Part shown: positions 1-8,162 of the stretch, piece after piece
How the letters are laid out: every line of letters begins with the position of its first letter
Position numbering within the stretch: position 1 is the first letter of the stretch
Source: Deltaproteobacteria bacterium
GTDB lineage: Bacteria > Desulfobacterota > Binatia > Bin18
Assembly: GCA_016197285.1 (NCBI GenBank)
Contig: JACPWD010000032.1
Span: 80,389-144,388, forward strand
Direction: 5' to 3'
Length of the DNA: 64,000 bases
Notes under the pieces: model-generated
The model's input: only the letters and a program-made list of their open reading frames with translations
Databases searched by the model: none
What the model was told of the DNA's origin: nothing
Translations under genes and position numbers: made by a program

Positions 1-1171
1 CAGCTTCATCGGCGTTGCGCTCATCGTACATCAAGATCGGATGGATGTTGCCGTCACCGGCGTGGAAGACGTTGGCGATGCGCAGTTGATACTTCTCCGC
101 CACGCCGGTGATGACGCGCAGAATGTCCGGCACCTTGGTGCGCGGTACCACGCCGTCCTGGGTGCAGTAATTCGGTGCCAGCCGACCGACGGCACCAAAC
201 GCGCGCTTGCGGCTTTTCCACAACGCCAGTCGTTCGGCATCGTCTTTGGCTAAGCGCACTTCGCGGGCCTGGTTCTGCTGGCAGATCGCCATGATCTTCG
301 CGGTTTGCGGATCGAGTCCGGCTTCAAGTCCGTCCAGCTCGATGATGAGCACCGCGCCGGCATCGGTGGGAAAGCCAAAATGGAACGCGGCTTCCACCGC
401 TTGAATGATGAGCGTGTCCATCATCTCCAAAGCGGCCGGCACCATGCCGGCGGCGATGATGTCGGACACCGTCTGCGTGGCCGCGTGCACCGACTCGTAC
501 ACTGCCAGGAACGTGCGGTAGGCCTGCGGTTGGCGCGTGAGACGCAACGTCGCTTTGGTCACAATGCCAAACGTCCCTTCCGCGCCGATGGTAATGCCGC
601 GCAGATCATAACCTGGCACGTCTTCGACGGCACCGCCAAGTGTTACGACTTCGCCATCGGGAAGTACGATCTCCATCCCCAGAACGTGGTTCGTGGTCAC
701 GCCGTATTTGAGGGTATGCGGGCCGCCGGAATTTTCCGCCACGTTGCCGCCGATCGTGCAGGCCTGCTGACTGGACGGGTCCGGCGCATACTGAAAGCCG
801 TGATTCTTGACTGCATTGCTCACCCACAGATTGACGACTCCGGCTTCCGCCACGACATACCGGTTCAGCAAATCGATGTGAACAATCTTGTTCATGCGGC
901 TGGTGCCGATCATGATTGGCGCTTCCACCGGCAGGCAGCCACCACTGAGACCCGTGCCCGCACCACGAGGCACAAAGGCGATCTTTTCTTTATGGAGCAA
1001 CCGCACGACGGCGGCGACTTCCTCGGTCGAACGCGGCAGCACGACCACCTCGGGCACCGACTTTTCCAGGGTGTAGCCGTCGCAGTCATACACAGACAAG
1101 GAGGTGGATTTCTCGACCATGCCGCTGGGGCCGACGATGTCACGGAGGTGGGAAAGAAGAGCTGTATTCAT
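1..1171 (-). CDS. FAD-linked oxidase (glycolate oxidase GlcD-like), N-terminal part; gene runs off window start
   Basis: Reverse-complement of 1081-1171 reads MNTALLSHLRDIVGPSGMVEKSTSLSVYDCDGYTLEKSVPEVVVLPRSTEEV..., a typical FAD-binding PCMH-type oxidase N-terminus; ATG at 1171. Not in the ORF track because it leaves the window. The + strand ORF 305-1492 is its antisense artefact. Confidence 0.75.
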   Translation of the reverse strand, partial: MNTALLSHLRDIVGPSGMVEKSTSLSVYDCDGYTLEKSVPEVVVLPRSTEEVAAVVRLLHKEKIAFVPRGAGTGLSGGCLPVEAPIMIGTSRMNKIVHIDLLNRYVVAEAGVVNLWVSNAVKNHGFQYAPDPSSQQACTIGGNVAENSGGPHTLKYGVTTNHVLGMEIVLPDGEVVTLGGAVEDVPGYDLRGITIGAEGTFGIVTKATLRLTRQPQAYRTFLAVYESVHAATQTVSDIIAAGMVPAALEMMDTLIIQAVEAAFHFGFPTDAGAVLIIELDGLEAGLDPQTAKIMAICQQNQAREVRLAKDDAERLALWKSRKRAFGAVGRLAPNYCTQDGVVPRTKVPDILRVITGVAEKYQLRIANVFHAGDGNIHPILMYDERNADEA

Positions 1172-1193
1172 AAAAATCCCAAACGTTATGGCT

Positions 1194-1264
1194 TTGTCAC
1201 CCTGAGCGAAGCGAAGGGTCTCGTCTCGTGGGGCAAGATTCCTCGCTGCGCTCGGAATGACAAC
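1194..1264. repeat. MITE-like palindromic repeat, family A (gtcaccctgagcgaagcgaagggtc ... ctcgctgcgctcggaatgaca)
   Basis: Intergenic. Left arm matches the element at 57369-57443. Right arm matches the right arms of the 23569-23666 and 40179-40276 elements. Spurious translation gives the familiar LSEAKGL...ARNDN motif. Confidence 0.7.
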
Positions 1265-1285
1265 CCTATGCGAGTCGTGGTTCTC

Positions 1286-1744
1286 CTACGCCATCGGTTT
1301 GCGCCGGATCATGCGGTTCACCGTGTACTCCAGCAAGACTTCATCCTTCTGATTAAGCACCTGTTGCTCGGATGTAACGATGCCACGATCCGGCTTCGAG
1401 GTCTCGCGCTTGGCCAGCACTTTGACCTTCACGTGCACGGTGTCGCCGCAACGCAACGGTGCGGGAATCTTCATTTCTTGTACGCCCAGTAGCGCCATCT
1501 CGCCCTTCACCAGCCCAGATTGAATCGCCATGCCCTCGGACAACGCAAAAGTGAATGACCCTGGCGCGATGCGGCTACCGAACAGGCTTTTGTTCTTGAC
1601 AAACTCCATGTCGATGAACAAGGGTTCGTTGAAGCCAAAAAGGTTCACGAAGGTCACGATATCGGTCTCGGTAATGGTGCGGGCGTGAGTGATGTACTCC
1701 GCGCCGATTTGAAATTCTTCAAAGTATTCGACTGCCATGCACAA
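1286..1744 (-). CDS. MaoC-like (R)-specific enoyl-CoA hydratase / hot-dog dehydratase
   Basis: 152-aa ORF, hot-dog fold signature (…FVNLFGFNEPLFIDMEF…GDTVHVKVKVL…). Confidence 0.7.
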   Translation of the reverse strand: MCMAVEYFEEFQIGAEYITHARTITETDIVTFVNLFGFNEPLFIDMEFVKNKSLFGSRIAPGSFTFALSEGMAIQSGLVKGEMALLGVQEMKIPAPLRCGDTVHVKVKVLAKRETSKPDRGIVTSEQQVLNQKDEVLLEYTVNRMIRRKPMA

Positions 1745-1816
1745 CTCCTCCGTGCACAGAGTCTTAGATGGGATTAGACGAGGAAGTCAACTGGTGGAAA
1801 ATCTCGGCTCAGGATG

Positions 1817-1850
1817 TTGACAAACCTCTGCACCTCACGTTCATTACAGC
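1817..1850 (+). promoter_or_regulatory. candidate sigma70-type promoter for asd (TTGACA -17 nt- TTCATT)
   Basis: ttgacaaacctctgcacctcacgttcattacagc directly upstream of the asd ATG at 1854. Confidence 0.35.
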
Positions 1851-1853
1851 ATT

Positions 1854-2933
1854 ATGAAAAAACGAGTCGCTGTTGTTGGGGCGACCGGTATTGCCGGACA
1901 GCAATTCTTGGTCGCGTTGCGGAACCATCCCTGGTTCGAGGTCAGTCTTCTTGCTGCATCCGAGCGCTCAGCCGGTAAGCGCTATGCCGAGGCCATTCGC
2001 GACCCGAAGACGGGCGCGCGCCGGTGGTGGTGCCAAGAAGAGCCGCCACAGGAAGTCCTTGCTCTGCCCGTGCAGGAAGCGTCGTCGATTAACTTGAGCG
2101 GGATCGATCTGGTATTCTCTGCCGTCGAGTCGGGTCCGGCACGAGAACTCGAACCCCTCTACGCCAAAACCACACCCGTGGTCAGTACGGCGTCGGCCTT
2201 CCGCTACGAGCCGGATGTGCCGATCTTCATCCCTGGCGTGAACCTCGATCACGTGCGGCTGATCGACGCCCAGAAGAAAAACCGTGGCTGGCAAGGGTTT
2301 ATCGCCACCCAGCCGAATTGCACGACAATCGGCCTCGCCATTACTCTGAAGCCGCTCTTCGACAATTTCGGACTGAAGCACGTGTTCATGACGTCGATGC
2401 AGGGCGTCTCCGGTGCCGGGCGGTCTCCCGGCGTGATGGCGCTTGATATCATCGACAACATCATCCCTTTCATTTCTGGAGAAGAGGAGAAAGTCGAGAA
2501 AGAATCGCGCAAGATTCTCGGGGCTTTAGGAGAAGGCGGGATTACTCCAGCCAATTTCGTCGTCAGCGCCACCTGCACCCGCGCCGCCGTGATCGAGGGT
2601 CACACGGAAGCCGTTCTCGCCGCCATGGAGAAACCCTGCTCGGTGGATGACGCACGCGCGGCGATGATCGAGTTCGGCCAAACGTTCGTCAAGTCGGGGC
2701 TGCCGTCGGCTCCGCAGCATATGATTATCGTCCACGACGACCCGTTCCGTCCGCAGCCACGTTTGGACCGAGATGCCGAAGACGGCATGGCGACTTCCGT
2801 GGGAAGGTTACGGGCGGATAACGCGCTCGCCAATGCGGTCAAATACATGTTGGTCAGCCACAACACCAAGATGGGCGCGGCGAAGGGCGCGGTGCTAATG
2901 GCCGAATATCTGCACCAGCAGAACTACATCTAA
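1854..2933 (+). CDS. asd: aspartate-semialdehyde dehydrogenase
   Basis: 359 aa; MKKRVAVVGATGIAGQQF... NAD-binding N-terminus and full-length Asd-like sequence. Confidence 0.93.
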   Translation: MKKRVAVVGATGIAGQQFLVALRNHPWFEVSLLAASERSAGKRYAEAIRDPKTGARRWWCQEEPPQEVLALPVQEASSINLSGIDLVFSAVESGPARELEPLYAKTTPVVSTASAFRYEPDVPIFIPGVNLDHVRLIDAQKKNRGWQGFIATQPNCTTIGLAITLKPLFDNFGLKHVFMTSMQGVSGAGRSPGVMALDIIDNIIPFISGEEEKVEKESRKILGALGEGGITPANFVVSATCTRAAVIEGHTEAVLAAMEKPCSVDDARAAMIEFGQTFVKSGLPSAPQHMIIVHDDPFRPQPRLDRDAEDGMATSVGRLRADNALANAVKYMLVSHNTKMGAAKGAVLMAEYLHQQNYI

Positions 2934-2956
2934 CCCCACGCCGAACCAAGAAAAAG

Positions 2957-2992
2957 AAGAGGGGAACAGGTGCTGCCTGTTCCCCTCTTTTC
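2957..2992. terminator. bidirectional rho-independent terminator between convergent asd and atpE
   Basis: agaggggaacagg-tgctg-cctgttcccctct perfect 13-bp stem followed by a T-run, with an A-run on the other side. Confidence 0.7.
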
Positions 2993-3040
2993 ATGTGTGA
3001 AGCACCGCTGCCGATGCTCTTGCCGACACGTGAGAACTTG

Positions 3041-3355
3041 TTAGAACTTGCCAGACAGTATGAATGCGATCACCAGCGCATAAATCACCAACGACTCGAT
3101 GAACGCCAGACCGATGATCATCTGGGGCTGAATCCGAGTGACGGCATTAGGATTCCGTCCGATCGATTCCAGCGCCGACGCCACGGCAAGACCCTGACCA
3201 ATCCCGCCGCCAGCGGCAGCGAGGCCAAGCCCCAAACCGGCACCGAGGGCGATAAGACCGCCCCCCCCCTGCGCGCCATCTGCGGCGAGAGCACTGACGA
3301 CAGTCGCCATCAGCATCAGCACGGTCAGCAGACCAGTTGTACCGAACTTCTTCAT
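3041..3355 (-). CDS. atpE: F0F1 ATP synthase subunit c
   Basis: [27 protein letters not shown]...[23 protein letters not shown]...[21 protein letters not shown], a classic c-subunit hairpin. Start chosen at the internal Met of ORF 3041-3418. Confidence 0.9.
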   Translation of the reverse strand: MKKFGTTGLLTVLMLMATVVSALAADGAQGGGGLIALGAGLGLGLAAAGGGIGQGLAVASALESIGRNPNAVTRIQPQMIIGLAFIESLVIYALVIAFILSGKF

Positions 3356-3467
3356 ACCAGCTCCTTTCTTGCTTTCCTCCATGGCAGAGTTTTTGGGAAC
3401 TCCTCTTATCCTCTCCACGTTCCACCCCTCGCCCTTCTACCAACGGGAAAGCTGTTATTTGGCGTGT

Positions 3468-4169
3468 TTAGTGATCGCCTTGGTGCGCCATCGCCAGAGA
3501 GACGTACACCATGCTCAAGAGCGTGAACACGAACGCTTGCACGAACGAGACGAAGGTCCCGAGCCCGTAGAAGATCACCGGGATGACGACCTTCGTCATA
3601 CTCGTGAAAATCTCCAATACCGTATGGTCGCCAGTGATATTTCCGAACAGACGCATGCCCAGGGAAAACGGACGGACGAGGTTACTAATCACCTCAAGGG
3701 GAATCATCAAGGGTGCCAGCCATAACATGGGTCCGACAAAATGCTTGAGATACCCAACCCCCTGTTCTTTGAACCCGTAGAAGTTGTAGGCCAGGAAAGA
3801 AATGACGCCCAGGGCGAAGGTGATGTTGAAGTTGCCGGTCGGAGGAAGGAACCCTGGGACGAGTGCAATAAGGTTACATGCGAGGATGAAGATAAAAAAC
3901 GACCCGTACAGAGGAACATATTTGCCCGCCCCATGCCCAAGGATTCCCTCCGCCATCCCGTGAATTCCCTCGACAAGCAGCTCGGCGATGTTGCGGAACG
4001 TCAGCGAATCGTCCGGCACGGCAACATCATTTACGGCTTTCCGTTGGCTCTGCGCCCGGAGGACGAAGAGGATAATCAAGGCAGCGACAAAAAGAGAAGT
4101 CGCGGTATGCAGAGGCAAGGCGTTCAGGCCCGGCACAAAAGAAATCCAGGTAAAAGCTCGATGCTCCAT
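3468..4169 (-). CDS. atpB: F0F1 ATP synthase subunit a
   Basis: C-terminal ...LVRPFSLGMRLFGNITGDHTVLEIF... is the a-subunit signature containing the conserved Arg. Start at MEHRAFTW, the internal Met of ORF 3468-4262. Confidence 0.88.
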   Translation of the reverse strand: MEHRAFTWISFVPGLNALPLHTATSLFVAALIILFVLRAQSQRKAVNDVAVPDDSLTFRNIAELLVEGIHGMAEGILGHGAGKYVPLYGSFFIFILACNLIALVPGFLPPTGNFNITFALGVISFLAYNFYGFKEQGVGYLKHFVGPMLWLAPLMIPLEVISNLVRPFSLGMRLFGNITGDHTVLEIFTSMTKVVIPVIFYGLGTFVSFVQAFVFTLLSMVYVSLAMAHQGDH

Positions 4170-4233
4170 GCGTCTCCTGTCTGTAGCCAAGAGGTGCGAA
4201 CCGGCGGAAAAACAGCACGAAGGCCAGCAGGAA

Positions 4234-4629
4234 CTATGGATTTTCGTCCTGCGCCTGGGCACCGGTCAGCAAGCCAGACAGCGTGACTATCATGCAGGTC
4301 AGCAGCAGTAAAGAGACCCCGCAGAGAAAACTCAGCGGCTGGATAGGATACCGGAAGAAGAGCCCACTCAAGAGGAGGAGGAAGAGCAGTCCTTTCCCGA
4401 GAAACAACACCATCGTCCCGGTTTTCCCTTTGCTTGGCTGTGGTGAAGAGAGAGGAACGAGAAGCGCGCGCACGATTCTCTTGAGCAACCAGAAATTCAG
4501 ATGCATGACTCCTGCCGCCAAGAGGAAACTCGGCAGGTGTAACCACCCCGTGCCGGCGATGACGAGCGTACTGGTTCCAAGGAAGACGAGATTGAGCCGC
4601 TCAATCTTCTCGATCATTGTCGTATGCAT
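4234..4629 (-). CDS. atpI: ATP synthase protein I (AtpI-like membrane protein)
   Basis: 131-aa hydrophobic protein immediately upstream of atpB, which is the usual AtpI position. Confidence 0.55.
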   Translation of the reverse strand: MHTTMIEKIERLNLVFLGTSTLVIAGTGWLHLPSFLLAAGVMHLNFWLLKRIVRALLVPLSSPQPSKGKTGTMVLFLGKGLLFLLLLSGLFFRYPIQPLSFLCGVSLLLLTCMIVTLSGLLTGAQAQDENP

Positions 4630-4837
4630 CGTGAGACATCCGTTGGAGTGTATTGACGAGGATCAGGATGGCTCCGGCGATGCCTCCCATAGCCCCAACC
4701 ACCAGCAGCCAGGGAGCGGTTCCGAAAAGACCATCGAGATACCTGCCGACAAGGATGCCGGCAACCGTGGAGAAGGCAAACTCGAACCCGAGGGCAGCGA
4801 AACGGCCATAGATAACGAAGGGATTCTCTTTCGCCAT
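4601..4837 (-). CDS. atpZ: AtpZ-family small membrane protein (ATPase_gene1-like)
   Basis: 78 aa; ...GRYLDGLFGTAPWLLVVGAMGGIAGAILILVN matches the AtpZ family that precedes atpI in atpZIBE operons. Confidence 0.55.
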   Translation of the reverse strand: MAKENPFVIYGRFAALGFEFAFSTVAGILVGRYLDGLFGTAPWLLVVGAMGGIAGAILILVNTLQRMSHDAYDNDRED

Positions 4838-4843
4838 AGGGCC

Positions 4844-6127
4844 TCAGGAACGGAGGTTCTTGAACACCGCTCTCGCTGCGTCAATGGTTTCTTGAATCTC
4901 AGCCTCGCCATGAGCAAGAGAGAGGAACATGGCCTCGAACTGAGAAGGCGGCAAGTAGATGCCGCGCTCGATCATGCCCTGAAAATAGCGGGCGAACATC
5001 GCGGTGTCGCTGCGCGTCGCGGTAGCATAGTCGCGCACCTGATCGACGCCGAAGAACACCGTGAGTAAAGACCCAGCCTGGTTCACACACGCGAGAATGC
5101 CGGCGTCCGTGATGGCTTGCCGAAATCCATCGGCGAGGAGTGCGCCAAGGTCATTGAGCCTGTGGTACGCACCGGGAGCGGCAAGGATTTTCAAGGTTTC
5201 GAGGCCAGCCGTCACTGCCACCGGATTTCCTGAAAGGGTCCCGGCTTGATAAACCGGCCCCAGAGGAGCAAGCAGCTCCATAATCTCTCGTTTCCCTCCA
5301 ACGGCGGCCAGTGGCATACCACCACCGATGACTTTGCCTAAACAGGTAAGGTCGGGAGTGATGCCATACACTTCCTGGGCACCGCCGCGCGCCATGCGGA
5401 AGCCGCTGATGACCTCATCGAAAATCAACACCACGCCGTGGTCTTGAGTAAGCGTGCGCAAACCGTTCAGGAATCCCGCTTCAGGCAGCACGACCCCCAT
5501 GTTCCCCGGCACTGGCTCGACAATCACCGCAGCAACCGTATCCGGATTGGCGTCGAGGTACGCTGCCACGCTGCCCAGATCGTTGTACTCGGCCACTAAG
5601 GTTTGGCTCGCGAAGGCCTCGGGCACGCCCTGGCTGTCCGGGTTGCTGAAAGTCAGCGCTCCCGAGCCGGCGCGCACGAGCAGCGCGTCGGAGTGCCCGT
5701 GATAGCACCCGGCGAACTTGACGATCTTCGGCTTGCCGGTATAGCCACGCGCGAGACGGATCGCGGTCATGGCGGCTTCGGTGCCGGAAGACGTCAGACG
5801 CACCCGTTCTATCGAAGGCACGGCCTCGACGATCCGCCTAGCCAGTTCGATCTCGCGCGGAGTCGGCGCACCGAAGCTCGTCCCGCGTTTGATGACTTCT
5901 TCCAGCGCCTTCACCACGTGTGGATGCGCATGGCCGGCGATCAGCGGTCCCCAGGAACCGACATAGTCGAGATACTCCTTCCCATCGGCGTCGACGACTC
6001 GACAGCCGCGCCCGCGTTGAATGAACAGCGGATGCCCTCCCACTGCGCGCCACGCGCGCACCGGACTGTTGACTCCACCAGGAATATATTCCTGCGCTTC
6101 GAGAAAAAGCTTCTGTGACGTGGACAT
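4844..6127 (-). CDS. hemL: glutamate-1-semialdehyde 2,1-aminomutase
   Basis: 427 aa; MSTSQKLFLEAQEYIPGGVNSPVRAWRAVGG... with a PLP aminotransferase class III body. Confidence 0.95.
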   Translation of the reverse strand: MSTSQKLFLEAQEYIPGGVNSPVRAWRAVGGHPLFIQRGRGCRVVDADGKEYLDYVGSWGPLIAGHAHPHVVKALEEVIKRGTSFGAPTPREIELARRIVEAVPSIERVRLTSSGTEAAMTAIRLARGYTGKPKIVKFAGCYHGHSDALLVRAGSGALTFSNPDSQGVPEAFASQTLVAEYNDLGSVAAYLDANPDTVAAVIVEPVPGNMGVVLPEAGFLNGLRTLTQDHGVVLIFDEVISGFRMARGGAQEVYGITPDLTCLGKVIGGGMPLAAVGGKREIMELLAPLGPVYQAGTLSGNPVAVTAGLETLKILAAPGAYHRLNDLGALLADGFRQAITDAGILACVNQAGSLLTVFFGVDQVRDYATATRSDTAMFARYFQGMIERGIYLPPSQFEAMFLSLAHGEAEIQETIDAARAVFKNLRS

Positions 6128-6414
6128 AGATCGTTCTTATAAGAGGTGAAATTCTCCACCCTGCTAGCACTCTCGCTAGGGGGGCGTCAAGACGAAAAGA
6201 TTGTATAGCAATCTCAGCTATTTCCAGACCCCGCCGTTTTTCGCTTGCAAAGCGAAACGAAAAGGTCTAAGACCCTACCCACTGTCGGTTCACAATCCCG
6301 TTTCTTCTGACAAAGCGAGCCATCGAGGAAAAGTGTGAGTACTCTCCCTTTCTCCCTCAGAAACGAACCCACTATTCGGGAGTTTCCTAGAGCGGAGGAG
6401 AAGATGAAGGGGAG

Positions 6415-6500
6415 AGGCTTGTGGATAATCCTGTGGAGGAAAGTCAAAAACCGCTTATAGAGAAAGAACTTACAAAGTTATTCACAGGTGTGAATAACTT
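6415..6500. promoter_or_regulatory. DnaA-box cluster in dnaA leader (autoregulation or secondary oriC module)
   Basis: tgtggataa at 6420-6428 (reverse complement of the TTATCCACA consensus), tgtggagga at 6432-6440, and a perfect palindrome agttattcacagg|tgtgaataact at 6476-6499 holding two convergent TTATTCACA boxes. Confidence 0.6.
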
Positions 6501-6528
6501 CGCAATCGACACGACGTGGGAGTGGGGT

Positions 6529-7857
6529 ATGGAGCAGGTGTGGGAACAGGTGTTGGCGGCCTTAGAGGAAAAAATTGGAAAGACAACAATAGAAACATGG
6601 CTGAAACCGATCCGGCCAATCGCGTTGCGAAACGACACACTACACTTGGAGGTCCCAAGTTCCCTCTTTCGCGACTGGCTCCTGGGAAATCTGATCGAAC
6701 CGCTGAGAGAAACGCTTGCGAGGATTGTTGGCTACCCAGCGCACATCATCCTGCACCTCGCGAACAAACCGCAGGGAGAACTCTTCGCCCCAAGCGTGCC
6801 GGAGCCGGAAACAGCAGAACCTGCACGCCCCCCGAAAAAGAACGGGCTGGTTTCGAATTACACCTTCTCGACTTTCGTCGTCGGAGCCGCCAATCAATTC
6901 GCCCATGCTGCGGCACGCGCCGTCGCCGATCATCCCGGCAAGCACTACAACCCGCTGTTCATCTACGGTGGCGTGGGTTTAGGCAAAACCCACCTCATCA
7001 ACGCAATCGGCCATGAAACGATGGTCAAGCAAGGACGCAGCAGCGTCTTTTACCTCTCGTCCGAATCCTTCACCAACGAACTCATCGCGCACCTGCGACG
7101 CGACCGCATGGATGACTTCAAGAACAAATTCCGCCAAGCCGATCTATTGATCGTGGACGATGTCCAGTTCCTCTCGGGAAGAGAGCGCACGCAGGAAGAA
7201 TTTTTTCATACCTTCAATACCCTGTACGAGTCGCACAAGCAGATCGTGCTCACGTCGGACAAGTTTCCCAACGAAATCGGCGGTCTCGAAGAACGCTTGC
7301 GGAACCGGTTCGAGTGGGGACTGATTGCCGACATTCAGCCGCCAGATTTAGAAACCCGCGTCGCCATCCTCCAACGAAAGGCCCACCTCAAAAGAATCAA
7401 TCTGCCGTCGGAGGTCGCCTTGTACATCGCTTCCCATGTCACCGCGAACGTGCGTGAATTGGAAGGCAGCTTAACGCGGCTGGCCGCGCTTTCCACCTTG
7501 ACTAATAGTCAGGTCACGACCGACTTCGCCAAACAAGTATTGCAGAATCTTGTCAAGGGCAAAGAAAAAGAGGTCTCCATCGAGTCCGTGCAGAAGGCGG
7601 TCTGTAAATACTTCAATGTCCGCGTGGCCGACCTCGCCTCGAATCGCCGCACCCAACTCGTCTCGTTCCCGCGCCAGATCGCCATGTTTCTCTGTCGCAA
7701 ACTCGCGGGCGCCTCGTATCCCATGATCGGCATGCGCTTCGGCGGCAAGGACCACACCACGGCTCTCTATGCTTGCAGCTCAATGGAGAAACGATTAAAA
7801 AAAGATGAAGAATTACGCGCCGTGCTGGAACGGATCGAGCACATTATTTATGGGTAG
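6529..7857 (+). CDS. dnaA: chromosomal replication initiator DnaA (alternative GTG start at 6421)
   Basis: MEQVWEQVLAALEEKIGKTTIETWLKPIRP... domain I, AAA+ GVGLGKTHL, and a C-terminal DNA-binding domain. A GGGAG RBS lies 6 nt before the 6529 ATG. The 6421 extension would place DnaA boxes inside the ORF. Confidence 0.93.
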   Translation: MEQVWEQVLAALEEKIGKTTIETWLKPIRPIALRNDTLHLEVPSSLFRDWLLGNLIEPLRETLARIVGYPAHIILHLANKPQGELFAPSVPEPETAEPARPPKKNGLVSNYTFSTFVVGAANQFAHAAARAVADHPGKHYNPLFIYGGVGLGKTHLINAIGHETMVKQGRSSVFYLSSESFTNELIAHLRRDRMDDFKNKFRQADLLIVDDVQFLSGRERTQEEFFHTFNTLYESHKQIVLTSDKFPNEIGGLEERLRNRFEWGLIADIQPPDLETRVAILQRKAHLKRINLPSEVALYIASHVTANVRELEGSLTRLAALSTLTNSQVTTDFAKQVLQNLVKGKEKEVSIESVQKAVCKYFNVRVADLASNRRTQLVSFPRQIAMFLCRKLAGASYPMIGMRFGGKDHTTALYACSSMEKRLKKDEELRAVLERIEHIIYG

Positions 7858-8160
7858 AATTGCGGCGCGAAAGGCTGTGGAAAACCCTGTGGAAAACCCT
7901 GTGGAAAACCTGTGGAAAACCTGTGGAAAACTTTTGGGGGTGAAAAGTTATGCACAGCTTATTCACAGGGTTTTCCACAGGGGCTGTGGAAAACTTCGGC
8001 CTATGTTTTCAATGACTTAGACCACTTTTCCACAGTTTTCACACCCCCTACTACTACTACTGTAAGAATATATAAGAAGTAGGAGGGGAAGAGGGTGGGG
8101 AGAGAAAAGCTTGGACAATGTGGTAAGAAAAAGGAATTTCGGAAGCAGAAAGAGTAGAAC
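7858..8160. promoter_or_regulatory. oriC: DnaA-box array plus AT-rich DNA unwinding element
   Basis: Five tandem ctgtggaaaac repeats (boxes at 7876, 7888, 7900, 7911, 7922; 11-13 bp phasing). Opposite-strand boxes ttatgcaca 7948, ttattcaca 7959, ttttccaca 7971, tgtggaaaa 7985, ttttccaca 8026. AT-rich ctactactactgtaagaatatataagaag at 8050-8083. Confidence 0.85.
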
Positions 8161-8162
8161 AT

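Noticed and set aside
305-1492. 395-aa + strand ORF rich in Arg/His/Gly
   Set aside because: Antisense to the GlcD-like FAD oxidase gene (1-1171, minus strand), whose translation is strongly protein-like. It also spans the MITE at 1194-1264. Composition artefact of the high-GC opposite strand.
7870-7935. Short direct repeats (ctgtggaaaac x5) that could be mistaken for a mini CRISPR array or satellite
   Set aside because: Repeat unit equals the DnaA-box consensus (rc TTTTCCACA) and there are no unique spacers. It sits between dnaA and dnaN. Interpreted as oriC.
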